DNA of 63,800 nucleotides, filler included, from Octopus bimaculoides (taxonomy: Eukaryota): NCBI RefSeq assembly GCF_001194135.2. It is 9 parts of 9 records of this genome, joined end to end, with 100 filler letters (N's around TTAATTAATTAA, not from the genome) between each part and the next. Parts side by side here need not be neighbours in the genome. Positions count along the whole stretch, not along the records: positions 1 to 8,420 come from NC_068985.1; positions 8,521 to 22,389 come from NC_068984.1; 7 more parts are not named here. The stretch is one strand, 5' to 3'. Shown piece after piece: positions 1-10,345 of this stretch. The translations under genes were made by a program, and so were the position numbers. The notes beneath the pieces are model-generated. The model worked only from the letters and a program-made list of their open reading frames with translations. It was not told the DNA's origin and made no database searches. Each line of letters opens with the position of its first letter. Position 1 is the stretch's first letter.

Positions 1-636
1 ATATAATACAAATGATATATGAGCATATGCATGTATACATACATATATGTACATACCTACATCTACATGTATATATAGATGCATATCCGGGTACAGGACG
101 TTAGAAAAATGAACGGGGACATAAAAACAAAACGGAATTAGTTTACAGACGACAGAACGAACATATAGGAAAACAAACAAGCCACTTATGGAATTAATCC
201 TTCAGCAGCTGCCTCTATTCAAAAACTAGGCGTTTCGAAGATAAGGCAGGACGCACTCTTAGAATAGTTTCTTCCTAAGTTGTGGATTAACCCACTAAAC
301 AGAGGATTCCAAGGTAGCAAACACAAACGAAGACAGGAAAAATTAAAAAGCCGTAGGGCCAAATGCGATGGGATATTGAACGCTGTGATATGACGAAGCT
401 GGACGGAGAAATAGTAGGTTCGTCTCGCCTTTATGCTGGCTGGGGCGAGAAAGGAAGAGTGACCAAAGGTCACATGTGAGCAAAGAAGAGTGGTAGAGGG
501 AGGATGGCCAGAGGGACGAGAGGGACCAGCAGTGTTCTATGTGTGGCCATACAAATGCGGAGAATGTGTAATGTGTGCGTGCGCGTCTCTGCGTGTGTGT
601 GTATGTGTGTTTGTTTACGCGTGTTTATGCATTTTC

Positions 637-731
637 ATACATACATACATACATACATACATACAACATACATACATACATACAACATACATACATACAT
701 ACAACATACATACATACATACATACATACAT
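637..731 (+). repeat. (CATA)n-based compound microsatellite
   Basis: Tandem CATA units with CAA interruptions; source of the HTYI/MYVC pseudo-ORFs in the track. Confidence 0.95.
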
Positions 732-1753
732 GTAAATCTGTATATTCATATATATACATAATATTACTAAGCTTATATAAATTATATAAATTACGAACGA
801 GGTAAGCGTTTCCTTTCATTGCTATACTGTAATATAGAGCTTCTCTAGTTAATAGTTGGCAATATAAATGCTGGTTGGCTGGTTGGCTGGTTGATTGGTT
901 GATTGGCTGGTTGATTTCTCCAATTATGCCGTACATCATATAAGAAGAGGGGATACGCAGAAAGAGTTAAAATTCATAGGTCAGAATGAGTACACATACA
1001 CACCGGGCTTGGTGACTAGCAATGAGTAAAATAATATTGCATTCATGCATAATGAGAGAGAAGACAGTCGCTGAGACAGAGGAGAGAATGTAAAAGAATA
1101 CTTATAGAAGTTCAAATTTATGCAAAAGATACGTTTTCGTATGCAAAAGATACGTTTATGCAAAAGATACGTTTATCATGTTGATAAAACTTTTAAAAGG
1201 TAACAGAATCAGACATTTATTGCAAATAGACAAATGAGAAATGTGTTTTATTTAATTCTCTTTTGAGGAAATAAATATTTTTCTTTCGAAATTTAGTATT
1301 TTGAAACTAAGTATTCAACATTTTGTTTCAACAACAAAACTTTGATAAAAGTTGAATTTTAATTATTGTATCTATGCTATATTTTCAGATATTACCTATA
1401 GCGGCAAAAATATACTTCCAAAGTCACCCGACGTGTGACAGGTAACACTTTAGTATCTATATATCTTTTAGCTAACACATATCCACTAATACAGAGTGCT
1501 CTTATAAGCTGTGTGTTCGTGGATAGTTAAGGAACGTACGCAGCTGCCTATGAAAATCCAAACACACTTAAAATAAGCAGCACGTACAGCTGGTTCTCCT
1601 TCTATTATCAACGAGCGTGCTGTATATATAGACGTAGTTCTTGCAACTTCGTGACAGAGAGCGTTGGCTAAAAAAAGAGTCATCAGTTATTTTGTATGTA
1701 CATTGTAGCAATTTATGTGTGTATGTATTTATGTATATATGTATGTATGTGTA

Positions 1754-1797
<44 letters not shown>

Positions 1798-1894
1798 TTA
1801 TAATTATATACATAATTATAACAAGGGATAAGCTTTATGCCTCACCACGCACTGCAAGAAATAAAAGCTAAAAACCACTATTACCACCTTAAAA

Positions 1895-2035
1895 CCGCGG
1901 TTCGGCAAAAGATGTTTGATAGCATAAGTACTAGGCTTACAAAAAGTAAGTCCTGGGGTCGATTTGCTCGACTAAAGGCGGTGCTCCAACATGGCCGCAG
2001 TCAAATGACTGGAACAAGTAAAAAGGGAAAAAGAA
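1895..2035 (+). mobile_element. SINE family D fragment (GTGCTCCAGCATGGCCGCAGTC tail)
   Basis: Same motif recurs at about 4740-5570, 23345-23500, 48455-48520, 54450-54610 and 57040-57215. Confidence 0.7.
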
Positions 2036-2387
2036 TTTGCATGTATGTATGTATGTATGTATGTATGTATGGAGAGAGAGGGAGAAAGTGAGTGAAAAAG
2101 AGAGAGAGAGAGAGAGACTTAGGTTGGTATTATACTTATTGCTTTAGGAACGGTTGTAGTCCTGAACCTATCTAGATAGAACTCTCAGTCCCCTACATTT
2201 GATTCAGAGAAACAGTTCGGGTGTTTGGCATCTGGAAGCAGAGAGAGAGAAGGAACTGCACTAGCACTCGGTCATCACTACCTTTCTCGCCTCCCGCTAG
2301 ACGAAATGTGCACTGAACTTCAGCGGTATTTGAACTCAGCCCTCAGAGAGCCAGAACAAGTATCACAGCAACAAACATCCATGCTAT

Positions 2388-2445
<58 letters not shown>

Positions 2446-2861
2446 CACATACACACTTACAAATCCCCATATACGCGTATGTATTTATGTGTAGATGTGT
2501 GCGTATATCTGTAGGTATCTATGTGTGTATGAGTTTATGTGTGTATGAGTTTATGTGTGTGATTCTCTTTAAATCTATTCTATATAACTGGATGTATATT
2601 ATATTTCCCTTGATTGTACTTTAGCGTCTGTACAACATCTGCATAATATCTACATTACATCTGTACAACATTATCAATATTTTATTCTCTTCATACATTC
2701 TTCTTACTCTCACTCGCTCTCACCACCCCCACTATCTAGCGCACCCTCTCTCTTCCTCTCCCCTATTCTTTCTTTCTTTCTTTTTGTATCTGTCATTCGT
2801 TATTCGCCATCTTTCCTTTTTGTGTTATTTTTCAATAACGTCATGAGTAAAGACGTGTTTC

Positions 2862-2960
2862 ATATTCTTGGCTGTATGGTGAAGAAGCTTGCTTCCCAAC
2901 CACGTGGTCTTAGGTTCAGTCCCTCTCCGCTGCACCTTGGGCAAGTGCTTTCTACTATAG
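2862..2960 (+). mobile_element. tRNA-derived SINE family B, partial
   Basis: GTATGGTGAAGAAGCTTGCTTCCCAACCAC...CACCTTGGGCAAGTG matches the fuller copies at 24128-24292 and 56700-56860. Confidence 0.7.
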
Positions 2961-2990
2961 AGCGTCGTGTATTCGTATGCATGTGTGTGT

Positions 2991-3061
<71 letters not shown>

Positions 3062-3064
<3 letters not shown>

Positions 3065-3360
3065 AAATAATGATAAGATCGATATTTAAAATATTGATCT
3101 TATCAAGTGGCCAGCATGGAAATAAAAGCCATCAAAGGTAATAATTATTTAAAATTATAATACAGGGTATCTAAGAGATACCGCCACGCTGAAAAATAGC
3201 AGTCAAATCCTGANNNNNNNNNNAAAAATAGCAGTCAAATCCTGACTCTAAATACCCTGTATTATAATTTTAAATAATTATTACCTTTGATGGTTTTTAT
3301 TCCCATGCTGGCCACTTGATAAGATCAATATTTTAAATATCGATCTTATCCTTATTTATA
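3062..3360. mobile_element. Palindromic MITE (~110-bp arms, TA-flanked)
   Basis: 3062-3177 is the near-perfect reverse complement of 3246-3360; a 10-N gap lies in the centre. Confidence 0.75.
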
Positions 3361-3660
3361 TAAATTAGTTCTGTCAGTGTATTTACTGCGCTGATATTCT
3401 GTCCGTATCGCACGAGGAGTTTTTAGGCGGGCTATTTAAGCTAGTCGTGTACATACGTGCATGTATATGTGTATATACGTTCGTGTATGTAAGTATACTG
3501 TTTATATACATATATTTGTATTTATGTACTTGAGTATATTCCACCGATGAAGGCAAAGCATTATTTATGCAAAGCCAGAAATCCAGGACCTGGAATTATT
3601 TTATTATTTTTACTGGTTTATTTTGTCTTCGTCTTCGCTCCTATGCTATAGGGACATTTA

Positions 3661-3709
<49 letters not shown>

Positions 3710-3772
3710 CTTATTTACATTATTTACAATTGATGGATATTTGTCATTTTGTGGGTTGTTGTTAACACAACG

Positions 3773-3890
3773 TTAGTAGCCCGTGCTCTGAACCACTACG
3801 CCATATACCCACGGGCATATGGCGTAGTGGTTAAGAGCGCGGGCTACTAACCCCAAGATTCCGAGTTCGATTCCAGGCAGTGACCTGAAT
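3773..3890 (+). mobile_element. tRNA-like Pol III head preceded by its own inverted copy
   Basis: A-box TGGCGTAGTGG (3820-3830) and B-box GAGTTCGATTCC (3863-3874); 3773-3810 is the reverse complement of 3813-3850 with 3 mismatches. Confidence 0.8.
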
Positions 3891-3923
3891 AACAACAACA
3901 ACAACAACAACAACAAAACCAAC

Positions 3924-3958
<35 letters not shown>

Positions 3959-3965
3959 TAACAAT

Positions 3966-4056
3966 AAATGCCCCAGGCAGTGGCTCTCATGGATTCTGAT
4001 CTTAATTGATTGGAAGTGTTATCATGTACATTGTTTTGTCTTGGTATAAAAGATGG
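3966..4056 (+). mobile_element. 5' fragment of the ~560-bp (TAA)n-associated element (family E)
   Basis: Matches the start of the copy at 31393-31956 (AAATGCCC...CAGGCAGTGGCTCTCATGG...GTATAAAAGATGG). Confidence 0.85.
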
Positions 4057-4460
4057 AATTTTATGATTCAATGCGGCCATGCGATAGAGAATAGGAATCC
4101 AGACATAATGTTAAGTGATAAAGAAAGCAAACGATGCCGGATCATAGATATAGCATGCCCAGATGACAACAAGTTATGCGATAAGGAAGAAAGAAAAGTT
4201 GAGAGATATGACAGGTTAGCTTGGGATGTTAAGCAGGTGTGGTCGATGAAAAAGGTGGTAGTAGTACCAATAATAGTCGGAGCCCTGGGAACAGTGAGCA
4301 AAAATCTCGAGAAGTACGTGGAACAAATAGGAGCTGCAATAAGGGTGGAGCACTTGCAGAAAACAGCACTACTTGGAACCTCTCGAATACTCCGGATGGT
4401 ACTCGAAAAATAAGGAGCGTTACCTTAGATCACTGGTAGTAAACAGCTGACACCGTAGTA
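4053..4460 (+). mobile_element. R4/Dong-type non-LTR retrotransposon 3' end (restriction-like endonuclease domain)
   Basis: Open frame WNFMIQCGHAIENRNPDIML..IIDIACP..E.K..RY.....VVPIIVGALG...LQKTALLGTSRILRMVLEK* carries the PD-(D/E)xK REL pattern and the typical R4/Dong C-terminus. Confidence 0.9.
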
Positions 4461-4469
4461 TATTTCCAT

Positions 4470-4645
4470 GCTTAACGGTATTTCCCCTGTCGTTACGTTT
4501 TGAGTTCAAACTCCGCCGAGGTCGACTTTGCCTTTCATCCTTTCGGGGTCGATAACCTAAGTACCAGTTGTGTACGGGGGTCGATATAATCGATTGGCCC
4601 CCCTCCCCCAAAATATCGAGCCTTCTACCTAGAGTAGAAAAGAAA
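4470..4645 (+). mobile_element. tRNA-derived SINE family A
   Basis: GAGTTCAAACTCCGCCGAGGTCGACTTTGCCTTTCATCCTTTCGGGGTCGATAA core shared by more than 15 copies in the window. Confidence 0.85.
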
Positions 4646-4839
4646 CATACAGACAGTGAACTTTCATGTTTAATTCACGTTGGAACAGCTAATTTGTAAA
4701 ACCATGGAACGGATTGGAAGGAAGTAACATAATTTTTCCTGTTTTATCTTTTACTTGCTTTAGTCATTGGATTGCGTCCATACTGGGGCACCGCGTTGAT
4801 AGGTTTAATCGACCCTAGTACTTACTTTTTAAAATCTGG

Positions 4840-5431
4840 GGATCTATTTTAAAACGGGGGCCACATTTTTCATTAATGTTTTACGTAGTGTTTTTGGTAC
4901 GGAAAGACTTTCAAACTTCGTATACTTATCTATTTTTTGTTATAGAACAGAAAAATATTTTTGTATTCGAATTTATTTCATGTAAAAAATTGTCTTATTT
5001 CGATAATTTCAACCAATCACTGACAAGTATTCAGTTGTTTATATTTACTCCTTTGGCTGATTAAGCGATGTAAAGCGTATTTAATCTCCATACCTTCGTT
5101 TTATTTGCTTTTTTCATTTTAAATTTGCTTTAACCCTAACCCTAACCCTAACCCTAACCGTAGGGTTAGGGTTAGGGTTAGGGTTAGGGTTAATTGTTTC
5201 AGAATCGTCTGTTTATGTAGTCGGCACTTAATGTATATCGGCTGAATGGACGTCAGTGATTGGTTGAAATTACAGAAATACAACAACTTTAACATGGAAT
5301 AACTTAAGGATTTCTTTTTTTTTAAAGAAGACTAAGAGAAAAAGATGTTTTATATGACACATTCTACCAGTGTTCCAAGTTTCAAAGTGTTTCGTTAATG
5401 AAAAATGTGGCCCCCGTTTAAAAAAAGATCC
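4840..5431. mobile_element. Foldback MITE with 8-bp TSD and central telomeric-repeat hairpin (Merlin-like termini)
   Basis: TSD AAATCTGG at 4832-4839 and 5432-5439. Terminal IRs GGATCT(A/T)TTTT(A/T)AAACGGGGGCCACATTTTTCATTAA(T/C)G match at 36 of 39 positions. Inner perfect 20-bp IR at 5005-5024/5252-5271. It interrupts a family-D SINE. Confidence 0.9.
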
Positions 5432-5669
5432 AAATCTGGTACTTATTCTATCGGTCTTATTCTACTTATTCCACGCCAAACTTCTAAGTTAGGAGGAAGT
5501 AAACAAACCAACACCGGTTCACAAGCAGTGATGATGATGGTGGGGTCAAGCACAAACACACACGCATATTGTTATCGTCAAGGAATCTGTCAACTCAGAG
5601 AGTTTGTGTAGTAACTCTTTTGAACAATGATGGGCCTCGAAAGTCAAGCTAGAAATTACAGCATGTAGG

Positions 5670-5885
5670 TACTGGCTTCGAATTTTGGCACAAGGCCAAT
5701 AGTTCCGAAGGAGGAAGTAAGTTGATTACATTGACTTCAGTGTTCAACTGGTACTAACTTTATCAACCCCGAAATGATGAAAATGAAAGTTGACTTCAGT
5801 GGAATTTGAACTCAGAACGTTAAGGCGGACGAAATACCGCTAAGCATTTTACTTGGCGTGCTAACGATTCTGCCAGCTCGCCGCA
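5670..5885 (-). mobile_element. SINE family A
   Basis: Reverse complement of the family A body, ending ...GATTCTGCCAGCTCGCCG. Confidence 0.8.
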
Positions 5886-6779
5886 ATAATAACAACATGT
5901 AAATATTGGGTTAAAAATGATAGAACGCTTCTTATGTCTACAGATGTGAATTTGTGTCCCACGGGTAGCCGCCGATATTCTTTTTAGCCAACGTGTTTCT
6001 ACTTAATCTCATATTTTGCACGCTGTCATTTATACCTTTATGCGCTTCAAGATTCATTTCTAAAATTACACTAACACATACACACACACCTGTATGTATG
6101 TATGTATGTATGGGCTTCCACACAATTTCCATCCACTAAATTCACTCATATGGCATTGGCCAGCCCGGAGCTATAATAGAAGACACTTGCCCAAAGTAAT
6201 ATAGAAATTTTAACGTAAACCTCAAAGTTGTAAACTTAATGATTTCAACTGTAACATTGAGACATACATGTACAACACATTCTCATCATTTGACGCTGCA
6301 CTACAACAAAACAACAAAGAGTAATCGTAACTCATAGTATAAAGCAGCTTGACCATTTTATAAATGAATTCCTAAGTTAAACTATGGAAGCCTTACTAAT
6401 ACCAAAGTAGAAACCACAAATGAACACAAAGATACAGCTCACGTAAACTAAGCCATCAACTCTAAGTGTTGAGTAGTTTCAAATCTGTCGTCAATGATTT
6501 TTGCAGTTATAATGGTATTCACGTGCTGTTATGCAACTTAGTTTCAAATGCGTGATGAACACAAATAGTAATACTACCATTACATGCAGACAATGGCACT
6601 GAGAAGGCCTTGAAACGTTAATCGATTTAAGATTATTACCTCAAAGCATGTCCTTGTCTGTGTTTATGTTACCCCAGCCTAATACCCCACCTTATTTATG
6701 TTGTGACACTGTATGTCTTCTTACTTAGCCATCTGACAGGCAGATGAATGACAGTTGTCGCTGTTAGGACAAAAGCTCA

Positions 6780-6990
6780 GAGGTTGGCGAGCTTGCAGAA
6801 CTGTTAGCGCGTCGGGCAAAATGCTTAGTAGCCTTCGCGTCCATCTTTATGTTCTGAGTTCAGATTCCGACTTTGCCTTTCATCCTTTCGGGATCGATAA
6901 AATAAGTACCAATTGAACACAGGGATCGATGTCATTAACTTACACTCTTCCCAGAAGTTGCTGGCCTTGTGACAAAATTTGAAACCGTTA
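6780..6990 (+). mobile_element. SINE family A
   Basis: GGCGAGCTTGCAGAACTGTTAGC...TTTGCCTTTCATCCTTTCGGGATCGATAAAATAAGTACC. Confidence 0.8.
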
Positions 6991-7144
6991 TGATAAAAGC
7001 TCTTGAAGGTGATGCCTTAGCGTTGTGGAAGTCAAATAATAGCAACCTATTAAGAAAAAATAAAATGGAATATGTTTAATCGATCAAGGTCGATCTGGGA
7101 CGGCGAAACAACAACAACAACAATGCCAACAGCAACAACAATAA

Positions 7145-7552
7145 TGCTTTCTACTATAGGCCCAAAGCCTGACATTTTGGGGGAGGTGGATAGTCAAATA
7201 CATCGACCCCAGTGTTTCACTGGTCCTTAATTTATCAACCCCGAAAGGATGAAAGGCAAAGTCGACCTCGGCGGAATTTGAACTCAGAACGTAGCAACAG
7301 GTGAAATACCTATTTCGTTATTGCCCACAAGGTGCTAAACATAGAGGGAACAAACAAGAACAGACGAACGGATTAAGTCGATTACATCGACCCCAGTGCG
7401 TAACTGGTACTTAATTTATCGACCCCGAAAGGATGAAAGGCAAAGTCGACCTCGGCGGAATTTGAACTCAGAACGTAACGGCAGACGAAATACCGCTAAG
7501 CATTTCGCCCGGCGTGCTAACGATTCTGCCAGCTCGCCGATTCTGCCAGCAT
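7145..7552 (-). mobile_element. Two tandem SINE family A copies (CpG-intact)
   Basis: Core GAAAGGATGAAAGGCAAAGTCGACCTCGGCGGAATTTGAACTCAGAACGT occurs at about 7243 and 7427. Confidence 0.9.
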
Positions 7553-8135
7553 TTCGTCCGGCGCGCTGGCGACGACCATGATGATAACAAGAACGACAAC
7601 AGTAACAACAGGAAGAACAAAGACTGAAAGAACTCATACACAAGACCAGAAAACTGACTGCATAGCTGAAGAGCACTGCTCTTTCATATTTTCCTCGCCT
7701 CCTCCTTTGCCTCCACGTCTTGATGCGAGCCATTAATAACATTCAAGATGTCGGCCACCACCCTAATAACTGTGGGTATTTGAGAGACTACGGAGCTTAG
7801 CAAACACAAGTGTTAAACCATTTCAGAATAATTTGAAAGAAACAGACAAGACGCCAGAAAGAATCATTGAAACTAACCAACGTTTTATAATGCCGACAAG
7901 CAAACATATCAAATCTGTGTTTTTACACCAACTATATCACACTTAATATTGACAGGCGATAATTCTATTTTTGTTGATAATTCTATTTTTGCCATTTCAA
8001 ATTTTGCAATGTCTTGGTGGTTTGTTTTCGTTAGATTAGATAAAATTCGCGAATGATGATTATTTCATAAACTACCCGTTCTATAATATTACAGACGCCA
8101 ACGAGCTTATATATAGCTGTTGCACCAACATGAAA

Positions 8136-8179
<44 letters not shown>

Positions 8180-8291
8180 GCGCGCGCGTGTGTATGTGTA
8201 TGTAAACGTAGATTTATGCATGTGAGCAAATATGCATTCATTTATATATATGTGTGAGTGTGTGCATGTGTACATATATATATATATAAAC

Positions 8292-8328
<37 letters not shown>

Positions 8329-8329
8329 T

Positions 8330-8373
<44 letters not shown>

Positions 8374-8420
8374 AGAGTGAAAGAGGAGGAAAGAATGATA
8401 TATATATATATATATATATA

Positions 8421-8520
8421 NNNNNNNNNNNNNNNNNNNNNNNNNNNNNNNNNNNNNNNNNNNNTTAATTAATTAANNNNNNNNNNNNNNNNNNNNNNNN
8501 NNNNNNNNNNNNNNNNNNNN
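8421..8520. other. Artificial scaffold spacer (44N-TTAATTAATTAA-44N)
   Basis: The identical 12-mer sits between N runs at 8465, 22434, 32553, 40889, 58285, 59796, 61190 and 62503; it gives stops in all six frames. Confidence 0.95.
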
Positions 8521-8794
8521 CATCGGGTGTAGAGGAATGGAGGAATGAGTGAAGTTTGCGGAACTTAGTGTCGGTAAGAAATGCATGAAAGAGATGATTA
8601 AGTTGAATGATAAAGCGCAATGTATTGTGAGCATGGGAGGGTGACAGAGGAGAAAAATATGGAAAAGGCTGGAGGAAGAAGGCGGTCGATAGTGTGGATT
8701 TTAGAGAGATTGGAGCGAATGGTGGCCCACATAAGGCGGTAGGATGTGGTGCGGAGTATGGATAGAATGGTGGTAGAAGAGTGGAGAGTGGGGT

Positions 8795-8935
8795 ACGACA
8801 GGTTTCTTTCAGTCTCCGTCTACCAAATCCACTCACAAGGCTTTGGCTGGCCTGAGGCTATAGTAGAAGACATTTTTCCAAGGTGCTATGTGGTTGGAAA
8901 GCAAGCTTCTTATCACACAGCCATGCCTGCGCCTA
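8795..8935 (-). mobile_element. SINE family B
   Basis: TTTCAGTCTCCGTCTACCAAATCCACTCACAAGGCTTTGG is the reverse complement of the family B body. Confidence 0.8.
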
Positions 8936-8944
8936 TTCATTTAT

Positions 8945-9560
8945 TCTGTACAAACCTAAAAGGCGTCGTTCAGTCTGATGACTCTGAATCGGAAACCTTC
9001 AGTGTCCGTAGTGGAGTGTACTGTGTACCTACTCCGACCTTGTTTCGCATCTTCTTCCCTGTCATGCTGAAGCACGACTACAAAAGATCACAAAGGATAG
9101 ATACCTGTTCATTCTGTTCCAATTAAGGACGGAAACCAAAGTATGAGAAGTAATCACCAGAGACCGGCTTTATGTACATGATGTCGCCCTGGCTCCACCT
9201 TCAGAGGATGAGTTGCAGTTCCTAATTGATAGTCTCACAGATGTCTCATAAACATTCAGCCCAACTGAAGAGGAAGAAAATGCTGGGTTAAAATGTTAAG
9301 CAGTTCCTTAAAATTACCATCAGAAGTTGCAAATGGGATTAGTCAACGATTTTATACACTTTGGTTCCATTGCCACGGACAATAAGTCTTGAGACGAACA
9401 GACGTATGAAAAGCGCAGTTTCAATACTAACTAGTCTGATAACGGGCGTCTAGGAGCAGACTAAAGTAATGGAGCAGAAAAAGACTGTAATCTACAGAAC
9501 TTAAACTTCAGTGCATTGTTTTACATTAGTAAGATCTTAAGCATCTACCCCAGAAAAGGG
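8945..9560 (+). mobile_element. Decayed RTE-clade LINE reverse transcriptase fragment
   Basis: NLKGVVQSDDSESETFSVRSGV..CVPTPTLFRIFF, then (frameshift) RTETKV.EVITRDRLYVHDVALAPPSEDELQFLID and VNDFIHFGSIATDN. These parallel the RTE RT motifs (GVKQGC.LAPTLF; LFADD; F.YLGS). Confidence 0.85.
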
Positions 9561-9691
9561 TGGAGTCTTAACTCATACAGAACTTAGATATCGTGTAGAC
9601 TGACTGAGCTACCGACAATGAAGTCCCGGCTTGCATCAAGTCGTTTAGTTTCCTCACTTTACTCCTCCGCTAGCTTGATGACATACTTTGT

Positions 9692-9725
<34 letters not shown>

Positions 9726-10296
9726 NNNNNNNNNNNNNNNNNNNNNNNNNNNNNNNNNNNNNNNNNNNNNNNNNNNNNNNNNNNNNNNNNNNNNNNNNNN
9801 NNNNNNNNNNNNNNNNNNNNNNNNNNNNNNNNNNNNNNNNNNNNNNNNNNNNNNNNNNNNNNTATATATAAAGTTGTATTATTACCGTTATTTACAGTAA
9901 TAATTAGGTGGCTAGCAAGTTCACACCTTTACAGTCACAATATGAAATAATTTACGATTAGGTAGGGTATATAATACCACTTGCTAAAACCAGAGAAATT
10001 GATCCAAAAATCACCAGAAAAATTACAATAAGGATACACACGATCAATGAACGTTTTAGAAATAGGCTTGCCTTTGCTTTGAATACATCAGTAAGTTAGG
10101 CATATTTCAATACCAATTGATTTCACGCGTTGCATGACAAACATACTTTGCGATCTTCAGTTGAAACAGCATTTAACATCTATTTAACATTTAACATCTA
10201 TTTCTAAAACAGTCACTACGTAATTTTTATGATGTCTTTTGGAGCAATGGCTCTGTGGCTCTGATTCTAGCGAGTAGTATTATACAACCTACCTAA

Positions 10297-10345
<49 letters not shown>

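Noticed and set aside
181-300. Hammerhead on the minus strand (CTAAGA...CGAAAC)
   Set aside because: The core lacks CUGANGA and stems I and III do not close; at most a decayed Penelope-type terminus.
1600-1700. Hammerhead on the minus strand (CTGATGA...CGAAG)
   Set aside because: No GAAA, and no pairing stem II or stem I.
5131-5192. Ancient telomere-telomere fusion site
   Set aside because: The order is CCCTAA then TTAGGG (opposite to a fusion), and the tract lies inside a TIR element with an 8-bp TSD.
6595-6635. Minimal hammerhead CTGAGAAGGCCTTGAAACGTT
   Set aside because: The core is not CUGANGA, and stem I cannot form.
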